Of a stretch of DNA of 64,000 nt, positions 37,828 to 51,567 are shown one piece after another (positions within the stretch are counted from its first letter, which is position 1; each line of letters begins with the position of its first letter). The notes beneath the pieces were generated by a model. The model was not told the origin of the DNA. It did no database searches and saw only the letters and a program-made list of their open reading frames with translations. A program made the position numbers and the translations under genes. The stretch is from Lama glama. Taxonomy: Eukaryota. Where the stretch lies: positions 14,758,001 through 14,822,000 of the forward strand of contig CM052818.1 of the NCBI GenBank assembly GCA_028534125.1, given 5' to 3'.

Positions 37828-38756
37828 TATGCAAAAAAGCCATTTTTTAGCTTTTTCATACATTACTGGTGAGGTAGAATATTTAGAGCATAAGACTGAG
37901 TGACAGGAGACCTGGCTTCTAGTCCTATCCATACCAATAACTAGCAGTGCAACCTTCCTTGAGCCTCTCAACTTCTAAGCCTTCATTCTGCAATCTGCAA
38001 AATAAGGGAATCAGACCAGATAAATTATTTTTCATTGCTAATTATATAACTGATAACTGCATATATTCTTCATGTCAATTTTTAATATAATATAGATGAA
38101 TTTGAAGTCTCTCTTATACTTCCCCCATTTTCTCAATCTCCCCATTTTCATCTCCCCATTATTATCACTTTGCTATACCTCCTTCCAGAACTCTTTCCTT
38201 GCATTTACATAGGCTCTCTACCAGGTTTAATATTTTACATATAAAAAACTAAGCAGCCTTTGTACAAAAAAAAATAAGAGCGTAACTTGTGTTCAAAGGT
38301 ATAATTTTCCAGATGGGAACATTTTCATTTCTGGGCCCTAGTGAATGTTGAAGATGCAATGTTAAATCTAAAATCAAAACTCTTTTTAAAATGCAAAACT
38401 CACACTATCTATTACAAGGAACTCACAAAATATAAATGTTAATAAAAAGAAATGTCAACATGAATGACATTTTAAAACCTTTAGTTGTATAAAAAGTTTA
38501 GGGAAAAGGAGACTTCTAGAGGTAGATACTGTGTCATTTTATTATTAGGAATTATTTTTATCACCCCCTTATTAACTCTATTAATAGCCTAATTAGCCTG
38601 TCAGGCATGCATTGCCCATTGTACTTTCACTCTGCACAGCAAGCTATATCTAGAACTGCTTTTTAGGCAAATTAACAATGCCATTTCCTAAAGTTATCCA
38701 GTCTCTGGGACCAATGAAAAACTGGGAAAAACAGGCCTTTGTGAGGTTTTTATGTG

Positions 38757-41420
38757 TCACCCTGATACAAAAGCCGGGCAAAGATATCACAAATAAGAAA
38801 ACTACAGATCAATATCACTGATAAACATAGGTGCAAGAATCCTCAACAAAGTATTAGCAAACCAAATTCAACAATACATTAAAAGAATCATACAACATGA
38901 TCAAATGGGATTTATCCCAGAGATGGAAGGATGGTCCGATATCTGTAAACCAATCAATGTGACACATCACATTAACAAACTGAAGAATAAAAATCACAGG
39001 ATCATCTCAATAGATGCATTAAAAAGCTTTTGACTAAATTCAACATTCATTCATGATGAAAACTCTCCATAAAGTGGGTATAGAGGGACCATACCTCAAC
39101 ATAATAATGGCCATACATGGTAAGCCCAGAGCTATCATCATACTCAGGCATGAAAGCTGAAAGTACTTCCTCTAACATCTGGAACAAGACAAGTATGCCC
39201 ACATACTGCTTTTATTCAACATAGTACTGTAAGTCTTAGCCACAGCAATCAGACAATAAAAAAGAAATAAAAGGAATCCAAATTGAAAAGGGAGAAGTAA
39301 AACTGTCACTATTTGCAGATCACATAACACTATGCATAGAAAATGGCAGGTTGGGAGGGATAACTCAGTGGTAGAGCACATCGTTAGCAGGCATGAGGTC
39401 CTGGGTTCAATTCTCAGTACTTCCATTAACAAAAAAAATTTTTTTAATAAAAAAACAAAATTTAAAAAACAAAAAACAAGAAAAATCCTGAAGATTCCAC
39501 CAAAAAACTAGTAAAGCTCATCAATGAATTTGGTAAAGTTGCAGGATATAAAATTAAGATACATAAATCTGGCATATTTTTATACACTAACAATGAACTA
39601 TCAGAAAGAAAAATTAAGGAAACAGTGTCATCTACAATCACTTCAAAAAGAATAAAATACCTAAGAATAAATTTACCAAGGAGGTAAGAGACTTGTACCC
39701 AGAAAACTATCAGACATTGATGAAAAAAACTGAAGATGACAAAAACAGATGGAAAGATATAGCCTATTCCTGGATTGAAAGAGTTTATATTGTTAAAATG
39801 ACCATTCTACCCCAGGAAATCTGCAGATTCAATGCAATTCTTATCAAAATACCAATGGCATTATCCACAGAACTAGAACAAAAAAATTTTTGATTTGTAT
39901 GGAAACACAAAAGACCCAGAATAGCCAAAACAAAACAACAGAGCTGGAGGCTCTGTTCTTCTACGCTCCCTGACTTTAAGTATACTACAAAGTTATAGTA
40001 ATCAAAACAATGTAGTACTAGCACAAAAACAGACACATAGATCAAGGGAACAAAATAGAGAATGTAGAAATAAACCAAAACACTAACTAATGGTCAATTA
40101 ATCTATGACAAAGTTGGCAAAAATATACAGTGGGGAAAAGACAGTCTCTTCAATAACAGTGCTGGAAAACTGGACAACTACATGTAAAACAATGAAATTA
40201 TCACATTTTCTCAGACTATATACAAACATAAACTCAAAAGGAAATAAAATCCTGAATATAATACTGGAAATCATCAAATTCCTAGAAGAAAACATAGGTA
40301 AAACACTCAGTGACATAAATTACAGCAATACATTTTTGGATCTGTCTTGTAAGGTGAAGGAAACAAAAGCAAAAATAAACAAATGAAACCTAATTAAATT
40401 TAAAACCCTGTGCAGACCAAAGAAAACCATCAACAACACAAAAAGAAAACCTACTGAATGGGAGAAAACATATCCAAACTATATAAACAACTCATACAAC
40501 TCAATCTCAAAAAAAAAATCCAAATTAAGAAATGAACAGGAAGCCTGAATAGACATTTTTCCAAAGAAGACATACAGTGGCCAACAGGCACATGAAAAGA
40601 TGCTCAGCATTGCTAATCATCAGAGAAATGCAAATCAAGACCACGATGAGATGTCACCGCACTCCTGTCAGAATAGCTATCATTAAAAGACCACAAATAA
40701 CAAATGTTAGCCAGGATGTTGAGAAAAGGGAACCCTTGTAAACTGTTCATGGGAATGTAAATTGGTGCAACCACTATAGAAAGCAGTATGGTGGTTCCTC
40801 AAAAACTTAAAAATAGAACTACCATATGATCCAATGATTCCACTCCTGGGTATTAAAGACAATAAAAACACTAATTTGAAAAGGTGCATGCACCCCAATG
40901 TTCACAGCAGCATTATTTACCATAGCCAAGATTTGGAAGCAAACTAAGTATCCATCAACAGATGAATGGATAAAAAGATGTGGTATATACATGCATGGAA
41001 TACTACTCAGCCATAAAGAAGAATGAAATTTTGCCATTTGCAGCATGATTGGACCTGGAGGGTATTATGTTTAGTGAAAGACAAATGCTGTACATTATTA
41101 CTTATATGTGGAATCTCAAAAATAAAGCAAACAAATTAATATAACAAAACAGAAACAAACTCAAAGATTTAGAAAACAAACTAGCAGTAATCACTGGAGA
41201 GAGGGAAGGGGGGAGGGGCAAGATGAGATAGGGAATTAAGAGGTACAAACTACTATGCATAAAATAAATAAGCTGCAAGGATAAAATGCACAGCACAGGG
41301 AATACAGCCGATATTTTATAATAACTCTAAATGGTATATAATTTATAAATTTTTTTGTATCACTATGTTGTACATCTGAAATTAATAAATTATAAATCAA
41401 ATATACCTCAAAAAAAAAAA
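38757..41420 (+). mobile_element. 5'-truncated, degenerate LINE-1 (ORF2 reverse-transcriptase and C-terminal region, 3'UTR, poly(A))
   Basis: Recognisable ORF2 remnants ([38 protein letters not shown]) broken by stops and frameshifts, followed by an L1 3'UTR and an A tail at ~41410-41420. Confidence 0.95.
39345..39480 (+). mobile_element. tRNA-Ala-derived SINE (Vic-1-like) nested inside L1 ORF2
   Basis: tRNA-like head and A-rich tail interrupt L1 ORF2 between ...atagaaaat and cctgaagattcc. Confidence 0.85.
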
Positions 41421-42608
41421 CTGTACTGGCCCACCTGCATATTCATCACCTGGTCACCCTTATTGTCTTCTAAATATGGTGGGTGGCAATACATGTATCT
41501 TTCCAATCACTCCATATTTTGCTTCATTTGGACAGTGGGAGATGTTTATGCAAGTCTAGGGAAAATAGAGGTGGAAGATATCAGGCAAATTATCCCCATA
41601 CATGACAAAACTGAATCACATTATCTTCTGGTTTGGTCATATTAATACTTCATGCCTCTGATTACTGTCACTGGGCATATTTTAATGCTGACCATTTACT
41701 ATCAGGGATTCTATAGGCTGGCAATAGCAAATACAGCTAAATAGAATCCCAAGTCAGAACTGAGCTGATTTGCAATTTCTGAATCTCTGTGTGGCTCTAG
41801 AGCAGGGACTACATCTTCATGATCCCTGTATTCCCTGGACAAATACAACTCACGTTAATGAATGAACAGACAAGTTCACCTACTTGTTTATAACATAAAA
41901 TAAATTATATTAGAGACTCAATAAGAATTGTCATGTTGCATAATTCTGTAGCTAATAAGAAAAACCACTATTAAATATCACATAATTTAAGTATTTTACA
42001 GATATTCCTGACAAGGTTGAACAGATTACTCCTGATCCCCAGTGAGTGCCATCTATCAATATTTGGTTAATTGTTCTCAACAACTCAATTATTTTCTTTT
42101 ACAAAATAAACAATAACAAAATTCTCTTTAGTTAGAAATATATTCCTACTTACTAAAACTGGCCAGATTTGCCTAAAGATGCCCCATCCACATGTCTATA
42201 TTTAATGCTCTCTTTACATGTTACAATGTTTCATAAATGAGGATATTTAAAATAAAATGTAACTATACCATCTAAAATGGCTGTATCAATAAACATATGT
42301 AGAGCCTCTTTCTCAAACAGCCTGTGTAAGATTATTTATTTCATTAACCACAACTAAATAATGTATTTATTAAGATACTTTGGGTACCTGTAACAGAAAA
42401 TCTTTACTTTTAGCAAAAGCAAAAAGAGGATTTATTACAAAGATATAGGCATCTCATAGAACCCAACATGAGGAATTCAACCAGGCCCCAGAAAAGAATT
42501 GGAAGTAAGAACTAAGAAGCTATCAGAACCTAGGCATTCTTTTCTTTGGACCTAGTTTATCCTCCTTTTCCTACAGAATAGCTTTCTCTTCACCATCCAC
42601 ATAGGAAC

Positions 42609-43067
42609 TGTTAACCAATACCAATAAAACAGCCTGTTATTTTACCAGCAAAATGGATTTATTTGGGAGTAGAAAAGAATTGCAGTTCAAGACATACAAC
42701 TGTGGTGAACCACATGCAAGTCTGGTAAAACAGCAGAGGGGAAACTCTTTTACAGAGGAGAAGGGAAAGTTGGGAGGGGCTGTTACAGACAAAAAGTCCA
42801 TTGGAGGAAACTGGAAGTTCGAAGTATAGTGGCTTTTCGTTGGCTGAGTTGTGACAGTCTCTCACTGGCTGAGCTGTTGCCAGGCAAGGAGAATTCTTTC
42901 TTCCTCTAGCTGGCAGTAGTAAAGTAGGGTCGCTTTCTACTGGAGATGCAAAGTACATCTATTCCTGTTGGGATCTGTATTGATGTCAAATGGTACATGA
43001 ATAAGAGCTCCCCCTTCTGGCCATCCGACTCCATGTTAGTGAGGTTTCCCTTTTATTAATTTTCACA
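42609..43067 (-). mobile_element. ERV1-like solo LTR
   Basis: Minus strand TGTGAAAATTAATAAAAGGGAAACC..CATGGAGTC...CA, with repeated tcagcca/ccaat-like motifs and AATAAA near the 3' end. Confidence 0.7.
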
Positions 43068-44819
43068 CAGTAAAGCAATGGCCATGCCCAAACTCCTGAG
43101 TTTACATATGTATTATGGCCAGACTTATTCTATTTAATCCCAGAGAGAGGAGACCTCATTTGCCCAAACTGGCTCATCTCCACCTTTGGCGGGACGTGAG
43201 CATCCTGTTGTTTGCAACTCATTCCTGGAAGCAAGGAAGTATTGAAGGGGTGCTTTGTAAGCTAGGAAGACATACAGAAGAGTGTATTCTACATATGGAC
43301 AGGACTATGCAACCCAGTTCCTCTCTCAAATTCAACAAAAGGATAAGATAGCCCTCCTTTCCAGGAATGAAGTGACTAAAGGAGCAGAGAAAGGCCGAAG
43401 ATTGTTAAAGGAATCAGTGTCCCTCCACGTAGAAATATCAGTTAGAGTGTAAGAATAAGCTAAGCTGGCTTATCAGTGACACATTCAATGGACAACTTCC
43501 AAGCCAAAATAGACCTTTAAAATGAAATGTCATACTGAACAATGCGCATTCATTCTCCTTTCCTCAATGTTTCACTTAAATCCTATGGTTTATACAAACA
43601 GAGCTAAAAATACTTCATGCTTAAGATCACCAAAGCACTTACGCTAATAATAAAACAATTCGTGCCTACAGCCTCCATTTGGAAAAGGTGAACAACTTAA
43701 ATGTTAACTATAAAGAGTTGCTGAACTGATAACTATCTGTTGTTTTGTGAAGTTTCACTTTCCCATGAGGGTTTGCTACTCCACTGCATGGACATATCAG
43801 TAAGTATGGAACATCTTGCGTAGGAAAAAAATAAATCACTTTCAGATATAAATTCAAAGTTGAGATGTTTGAAAAAGAATTTTAACTACAGTTATCACAG
43901 ATTTTCTCCCTTAGTGATGAATAATTTGCTAGACTGAGCTCTAGGAATACCTGAAACCCAATTTTTTTCCTAGCAGATAACAATTCATGTTAAGTAGGCT
44001 CTTTCTCTAAATATATTCTCTTAGTCTCATCTTTCAACATTATCTGCTAAATTTAATCACAGATGCTTAAGTTACATTTTTTTCCATAAATGGTGTTAAG
44101 CAAAGGTAGTAAGTAAGTAAAAGGGGGGAAGTACAGTGTAAGGTGGAATTAAATCCTAATTTTATTTCTAATTTTCTCTCTGACACTGGAGAACTTCCTC
44201 TTTCAGCTTCTTGTTCTATAAATTTTAGACAACTTCAATGCCTCACAGTGCTGTTGTAAGAAGAAAATACAATGTGAAAAGTGAACAAGTATAAAAATGC
44301 CACAATGGTTGGTACTGCTGTTAGTAATGTTGCTTTGCTTATAGGAACATGAACATCATTTGACCTAGACTTAAATTCCAGAAATTCAGTCTCTAGGGCT
44401 TCAAGTAAGTTAACAATAATATCTTTATTTACATGAAGCTTTATTTTTTTTAAAAAATAATTTCAGAAATGAGTAACATTTAATTCTCACAAATGTTGGG
44501 TAACAGAGGTGTTACCATCCAAGGAGACAGAAGCTCTGTGAAGTCAAGTTCACACAACTGATAGTAAACTTAGGATTCAAAGCTGGGACTCAAACCCTGT
44601 CTTTTGACTCCAGGTCCATTGTTTTCTTTTTATTGTAGTGGATCTTGTCTGATTTTATTTTTAAATACTTCTGATTCTATTTCTCACCCTAACATATTCT
44701 GCTTCTCTCCACTAACTTTTTTGGATTGATCAGAGATCCTGAGGACTTTTTTTAATCACTTAAATGTTTGATTTCTTTAACTACTTCTTTAACTACTCAC
44801 CCTACTTAACTTTTCCCCT

Positions 44820-45797
44820 TCTTCCAGTTTTATTGAGATATGACATACAGCACTGTGTATGTTTAAGGTATACAGCATAATGATCTGACCTATATACATC
44901 ATGAAATGATTATCACAGTAAGTTTAGTGAACATCCATCATCTCATATAGGTACAAATTAAAGAAATAGGAAAATTTTTTTCTTCTAATAAGACCTCTTA
45001 GGATTTAATCTCTTAAAAAATGTTTGTATATAACACACAGCAGTGTCAATTATACCTAGCATGTTGTGTGTTACATCCCTAGTACTTATTTATCGTACAA
45101 TTGAAAGTTTGTACCTTCTGACTACCTTCATTCAGTTCCCCCTTCTGCCTCTGATAACCTGATCTCTTTTCCTATGTGTTTGTTTATTTGTTTATTTTGA
45201 AGTATAATTGACCTACAACACTATGTTAGTTCCTGGCACATACCATAGTGATTCACTATTTCTATACATTTCAAACATTTCAAAATAATCACCATGATAA
45301 GTCTAGTCTTCTGTCACTGTACAAAAATATTACATAATTATTGATTATATTTCCCACACTGTACATTTCATATCCATGACTCATTTATTTTATAACTGTA
45401 CTTCATTAGCTCCCTCATCTATTTTGCTCCTACTCTTAACCCTCTCCCCTCTGGCAATTGCTTGTTTCTTCTCTGTATCTATGACTTTGTTTCTGTTTAG
45501 TAACATTTGTTCATTTGTTTTTGTTTTTAGATTCCACATTTAAGTGAAATCATATCATATTTGGCTTTCTCTGTCTGACTTATTTCACTCAGCATAGTAC
45601 CATCTAGCTCCATCCACATTGTTACAAATGGCAAGGTTTCATTCTTTTTTATGGCTGAGTAATATTCCATTGTGTGTATATGTGTGTGTGTGTGTGTACC
45701 ACATCTTCATCCATTCATCAACTGATGGGTACTTAGGTTGCTTTCATATTTTGGCTATTTTAAGTAACACTGAGATGAACTTGGGGTGTATATATCT
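44820..45797 (-). mobile_element. LINE-1 3' fragment (L1MA-like)
   Basis: ttttattgagata...ttagattccacat..aagtgaaatcata...ttatggctgagtaatattccattg. Confidence 0.88.
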
Positions 45798-47944
45798 TCT
45801 CACCTTACTTATTCATTAATTTGTCTATGCTTTTATCTCTATTAGAATGCATTACACACACCACATGATATCTTCAATCTCAAAACAATATAAAAAATTC
45901 AGGAGTGGTATCAGTTGAGGGAACACAGAATAAAGGAGAGGAACAAATGATAAGTCAGATGATCTTGTGGTCCAGTGGTTTGACATGGGCCCGGTAACAC
46001 ATATCTGGGTTCAAACTAGAATTTCAAAATGTGGACCTCAATTCTCTCACGTATAAAATGTGGTCAATAATAGCTATTTCACATGGTTAGAATGAGAGTT
46101 AAATAAATATATGGTGTGCATGAGGGTGTATAAATATATTTTTATTAGTGGTTTGCTGAGTCAATGGTACAAAATAAGCACACGATAAATGGAAATTTTA
46201 TGCTTTTGGTTTGGGAAAGTTGTAAATAAGTCAAGTTTGGAAGAGGTACTAAACATGGGTTGGCTCACATTGAGGAGGCTGTGAATTCCAGTAAGCAACA
46301 AATATTAACTTCACAATTTCCGGATGTTAGGTCATGGTGTACTTGCTGATTATAGTGGACTTAAGGCAATAATTCATTCAACTGAGGATGCATAGACAAG
46401 CCCAGAAGGACATTTAAACAATGTCCTCCAACAGAAAACAAAATTTAGAGTTTTCTCATGAATGGAGACGCTGCATATCCCTTTCCAGCTACCCCCTATT
46501 AAATGTTTTATTCACCATTTATGCATAAGAAGGAAAGCCCATGCACAACAGATGGCAGCCCAGTTCTGGCTTCTCTAAAACGGTCTGCCTCCTACTCATA
46601 AGAGTTAAAGGATGTGTTGACTTGAGTGTTGCAGATGAATCCTCAGCACAGACTACTACTTCACAGTGTGACTCAGACTGACTGTTTCTCCTCATTAGTG
46701 ATAGTCAAGCACTGAAACATGGTCTGAATTCAGAGTCTGAATCTGAAGACAATTTGTGTGCAAGTTGGCATCCAACTCCAACAAGTTTATGCATGTATAT
46801 AAAGCATAAAAGGATGGAAAAATCTCTTTGATCAGCCATCAAGTCCTGGGTAGCAATCAAGGCTTTAAACAAAGTAGTTGAACTCATGCAGTCAATCAAC
46901 ACCAGTTCAGGAAGCAGAAAATAAGGACTAACCTTGATGCCTCCCTTTCCTTAACCTCCCCTACAACCAATCACAGCAAATTCACTTGCTAAATTACCCT
47001 TATATCTATGGACTTCTCTTTTTCTCCACTGCAACCCCCCTTAGTCTAAGCACCCAATTGTTGGTCTCCCTATATTTAATCTAAACCATCTTTGATGCAG
47101 TCTGACAGATTTCCCCAAAATTCAAATTTGATCCTGTCATTGCCACTGCTCCATTCCTACTGCTTAAAAGCCTTCAATAGCTTTCCTCTGTTTCTCTGAT
47201 AACAGTCAAATCATTTATTGTGGTCATTAAAGCATAATGTTCTTAGTTATCATAGTGTACTTTGCTTATCAGTGTTCTTAGTTGCCAGCCATGGAAATTG
47301 ACTCTAGTTGACTTAAGGAGCAAAGAAATTTATTAAAAGAATATTGCAGGTAGGAGGAAATTGACTCTGACCCATTCAGGCAAGAAGGAAATTCATAAAA
47401 ATGATGTGAGCCACCAAGAAGGCTGGGGGCCAAGCTGAGGAAACAGATGCCACAGGTTGCACTACCAATATCCAAGGAACTATTGCTGGAGCCACAGCCA
47501 CCCCTGTCCTGAGGAGACGAGAATTCTCCACTGTTTTGCATTTGGCTCTTGATCCAAATATTGGGTGAGTGCACTTGATTGGCTGAGGCTGGGTCATGTG
47601 ACCACACCCAGCCATCCTGAGCTGAGCTTCTATACCAGGAGGTTGACCCACCTACAACTGACACTATTAAAATGGCGAGTTTCCCAAACACAAGAAGGAG
47701 TTTCAAATGCTGAGCAGCCAAAATAAAGAGAAAGAAAAGGAAAGGAAAGAATAACATCCACTACAGCCTATGACCTATGATTTGTCTTTGTCTCCCCCTC
47801 TAGCATCATCTCACCCCGTCTCTCTCTGCGCCAGCTACTCTGTCCTTCTTTCAAACATTTCCCCCATAGGGCTCACCTCTCTACCTAGAATGACCCTTTA
47901 TTTATCAGTAGCCACACCTCACTCTGGCCCAGGCTGGCTAATGT

Positions 47945-48385
47945 AGAGGTCCAGGTACTTTTAGGAAGAGGATGGCACATTCACGCGTAAGTTCCATGAG
48001 AGGACCATTTACAAAGAGGTGGACCCTGTTAAAGGAAGCCAGCCAGCTGTAATGAAGCATCCTCGGCTAGCAACAATAAGAAGCCCTAACCATCCTTCAC
48101 TAACAGGGGTAAGGGATTGGGGTGGGGGGTTCCTGGAACCCAGAGAGAATAGCTGCGGCCTCCAACAAAGGAAGTAAGTCAATCTATACCTGCAGGGAGG
48201 GGGAGTTAATAGCCTGATTTCATTCTGCTCCCACTCTCTAACCTCCTGCTGACGTCACTTATGGCCAAACCCAAACCAAGGCCAGAGGGACAAGCTGCTT
48301 ACTGATGGAGGCCACCAAGGCAACCTCCTGGAACACAGAGTAGGGTCAAGAAAGATGAAGGGTGGATCTGGAAGGGCTACTAGAA
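47945..48385. mobile_element. Old ERVL-type LTR remnant (LTR16/LTR33-like)
   Basis: ggccaaacccaa..aaggccagaggg...ggaacacagag...gggtggatctggaagggc. Confidence 0.5.
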
Positions 48386-50169
48386 AAATTCCAGGCTAGT
48401 CAGTGTTCTTTGTTTTAGGTTCTTTTCCTTGACAGCACTTAAAAAAAATTTTATTAATTGAGGTATAATTGACATATAACATTTTATTAGTTTCAAGTGT
48501 ACAATATAATGATTTGATATGATGCGAAGTCCTTAACAGTACTTATCTCTATCTGTAACTGTATAATAAGTGGTTTTTAAATTATCATTAATAAATAATT
48601 ATTAATATAATTAATACATATTAATGATAATGTTAAATTCCTTGAGGTCAGGGATTGTGTCTGTCTTTTCTTACCACCGTTTCCTTAGGAACTAGCTTGG
48701 TACGTAACATACAAAAGGGCCTCAATAAATACTTCTTGAATTAAAGAATCTTCAGTATGGGATGTATTGAAAGTATCTTAAATATGGAAAACAGTCTAAT
48801 TCTTGAGCCTTTAATAACTAGAATAGGGAAATCATGCCTCCCTTCTTCCTTCTCAGCCAGGCTCCTTCCCAGTTTCTTCTTTGTCCACCTAGTAAAATGG
48901 CCCGTAATCACAAAAACCTCTGAAGACCTGCCCAGAATGAGTTAAAAAGCTAATAATTTACTTTTATTTTGCCCAAAGTTTCTCCTGCTCAGATAATTTT
49001 TCTAGGTGACTTACTGACAGCTCATTCTATGGCACAGATGTAGAGAGCTAACTAAACTCAGGCTTCATGATAACCAGAAAGTTTAAATCACAATGCACAG
49101 CAAGTATTTTACTTTAAAACTTTTTGCTTTATTAAAATATGCCTTGAAATGGGCATAGTGCCATATGATGAATAACATATGGTGAATAGCATATGGTACC
49201 CAACAGTCCCTATTTATATGGAAAATGTGCTAATGATATCCTGTACCTGAAGTAAAAGTGGAGCCAGATTTGCTTTTTCTGTAGAAGTTTATCTGGATTC
49301 AGCATCTAAAAGTACTGACTTCCAATGTCATAGAAGAAATGATCTGAAGGCTGAACAGAGATGGCTGGTGTGCAAGGTCAGTTACAGAGTAATCCATCGG
49401 AGGAAGACGGGAGTAATCCATGATCTGGCTGGTCAGAGTCAAGGTAATGTTGAGGGCTAGTAAGACACATTGAGACAAGCCCCTAAGCCTTATCAAGGGA
49501 GTCCTTCAAGGCTCAGCTCTTTCCCAGGTCAAAAGAACTCATGCCAGCCTTCGGGAAACAGACTCAGCATCCCTCAGACATTACTGTCACTAGTGGATTG
49601 TGTTTGTTTTACTGGCCAGAGTTCTCTCAGGCCAAATGCTCCCTCTTTTGTAATGCCTCCTCTGCCATCCTGAAATGGAATTCATAGGTAATATTATTTA
49701 TACAAGACATTTTTTTTAAACCAATGTAATCATCTAACTATAAAACAAAGGATAAATAAAATACACTTAGTGTAATATATATCCCAGAATTTAAACTCTC
49801 AGGCTCTTAGAGGCTTACACCTACAGGTAGAGTCACTGCAAATGCAACAATCACAAATGCCTATCATGTTGTACCAGAGACTCAAACACCATGAACAGCA
49901 TTGTCAGGGACGTGTATTTTCAAAATAGGGAATGCCTCTTGGTAAAGCTCCCTGGCAAACAATGTATAATCTTCTTTTGGCTTACAAAGTAGTTACATTC
50001 TTGGAAAAGTCAGTGATCTTAAAAATACTTAAAAACCACTAAGAGTTTTATGTAAAATGGAGGTGGGTTCTAGGCACAGATGACTCTAAATAAGTTTTAC
50101 CCCTACATGAAAGTCCTTTAGAACATTTGAAAGTCTCATTCAATTTATAGAACAATTTTTTGTTATATG

Positions 50170-50318
50170 AGTTTGTCTTGTACATTGCAAAACATCTCTG
50201 GCCTCAGCCCAAGAAATGCCAGTGTATCCTCTCATCACTTTAACAAGCCAAAATGGGTCTACAAGTTTCCAAAATGCCCCAAGGGGGTATAGTATCTCCT
50301 CTGTTGAGAGTTGCTGGT
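50170..50318 (-). mobile_element. MER20-like hAT-Charlie element
   Basis: tgtcttgtacattg...catctctggcctc...atgccagt...caaaatgcccc...gttgagag. Confidence 0.6.
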
Positions 50319-50561
50319 CTGGAGGATTCAGTAATCAGTTTTCTCACTACGATAGTCTTACTGTGATGCTATCAGTATGTGACATTCTAAACCCACCTCT
50401 GGCTGATACAATTCTTTCCAGCAGGTCCAGAAACAAAACCACTCTAACTTAAGAAAAAAAAAAGTTTATGAGAAGGATACTGGCAGCTCACCCAAAAAGT
50501 TAATGAGAAGGATACTTGAACAGCTCACCCAATAAAAGGGAGATCTGGGCAAGAAAGCCTG

Positions 50562-51010
50562 TGTATCATTTAGGATTAAGTTCCACTAAACATGACAGAA
50601 AACCCAAAATAACAGTGGTTTAAACAGACAGAATTTTAATTCTCTCTCAAATAAACTGAGCCTGGAGGTAAGAAGTTCAGAGTTGGCATAGCAGCTCTGC
50701 TCCATAAAGTCCCCTGGGACCCATGCTTAGTCTGCTCACTCTCCGCTATCTTTAGGGGCATAACCCTCACGGCCCAAGATAGCAGCAGAATGCAAGAAGG
50801 GATGAAGAACCAAGCAAATCCCAACTATGTCCTAGGAAAGGTTCTCAGAAACTGCCAGAAGACAATTCCACTTACAACTCATTATTCACTTAGTCACATG
50901 TCCATGCCTAGCTGCAGGAAGGCTGGGAAAGTGTTCATTCTGGGTGGTTGTATGACCAGATGAAAATTCTATCATTACTAAAGAAGAAAGGAGAATGGAC
51001 ATTGGATGAT
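50562..51010. mobile_element. Old MaLR LTR (MLT1J/K-like)
   Basis: gacagaaaacccaaaataacagtggtttaaac...cttagtcacatg...ctagctgcaggaaggctgggaa. Confidence 0.65.
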
Positions 51011-51157
51011 AAGCTAATAATAGAGCTTCACTTGGGAAGAAGAGAAATCAGGACAGCTCTGGGGTTTCAGTTAACAGCACTGTACATTCAATGTTGGCAG
51101 CAGCAGGGATTTATGACTGTGCAGTGCTGTAATCCAGCTGTGTTTAGACTTCCTTGG

Positions 51158-51567
51158 TGTGGTGGGCTGAATAATGGCTCCCCAAAGATGGAACCTATAA
51201 ATATGTTACTTTACATAGTATAAGGAATTTTGATGATGTGATTAAATCAAGGCTCTTAAAATGGGGAGATTATCCAGGATTATCTGGATGGGCCTAATGT
51301 AATCGTGAGTCCTAATAAGAGGGAGACAGGAGATGAGAGAGAGAGAATATGTGTCAACAAAAGCAGGAGGCTGGAGGGATGCAAGGAAGGGGCAGCCTCT
51401 AGAAGATGAAAAAAGGCAAGAAAACAGATTCTTTCCTGAAGCCTCCAGAAGGAACAGGTCTTGATTTTATACTTCTGACATCCAGAACTATCAGAAAATA
51501 AATGTGCATTGTTTTAAACCATAATGCTTACAGGAATTTGTTACAGCAGCAGTAGGAAACTAATACA
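51158..51567 (+). mobile_element. MaLR solo LTR (MLT1C/D-like)
   Basis: tgtggtgggctgaataatggctccccaaagatg...gttacagcagcagtaggaaactaataca. Near-TSD cttgg/tttgg. Confidence 0.88.

Noticed and set aside
38757..41420. Possible active or domesticated reverse transcriptase
   Set aside because: 5'-truncated, many stops and frameshifts, FADD changed to FADH, and interrupted by a SINE.
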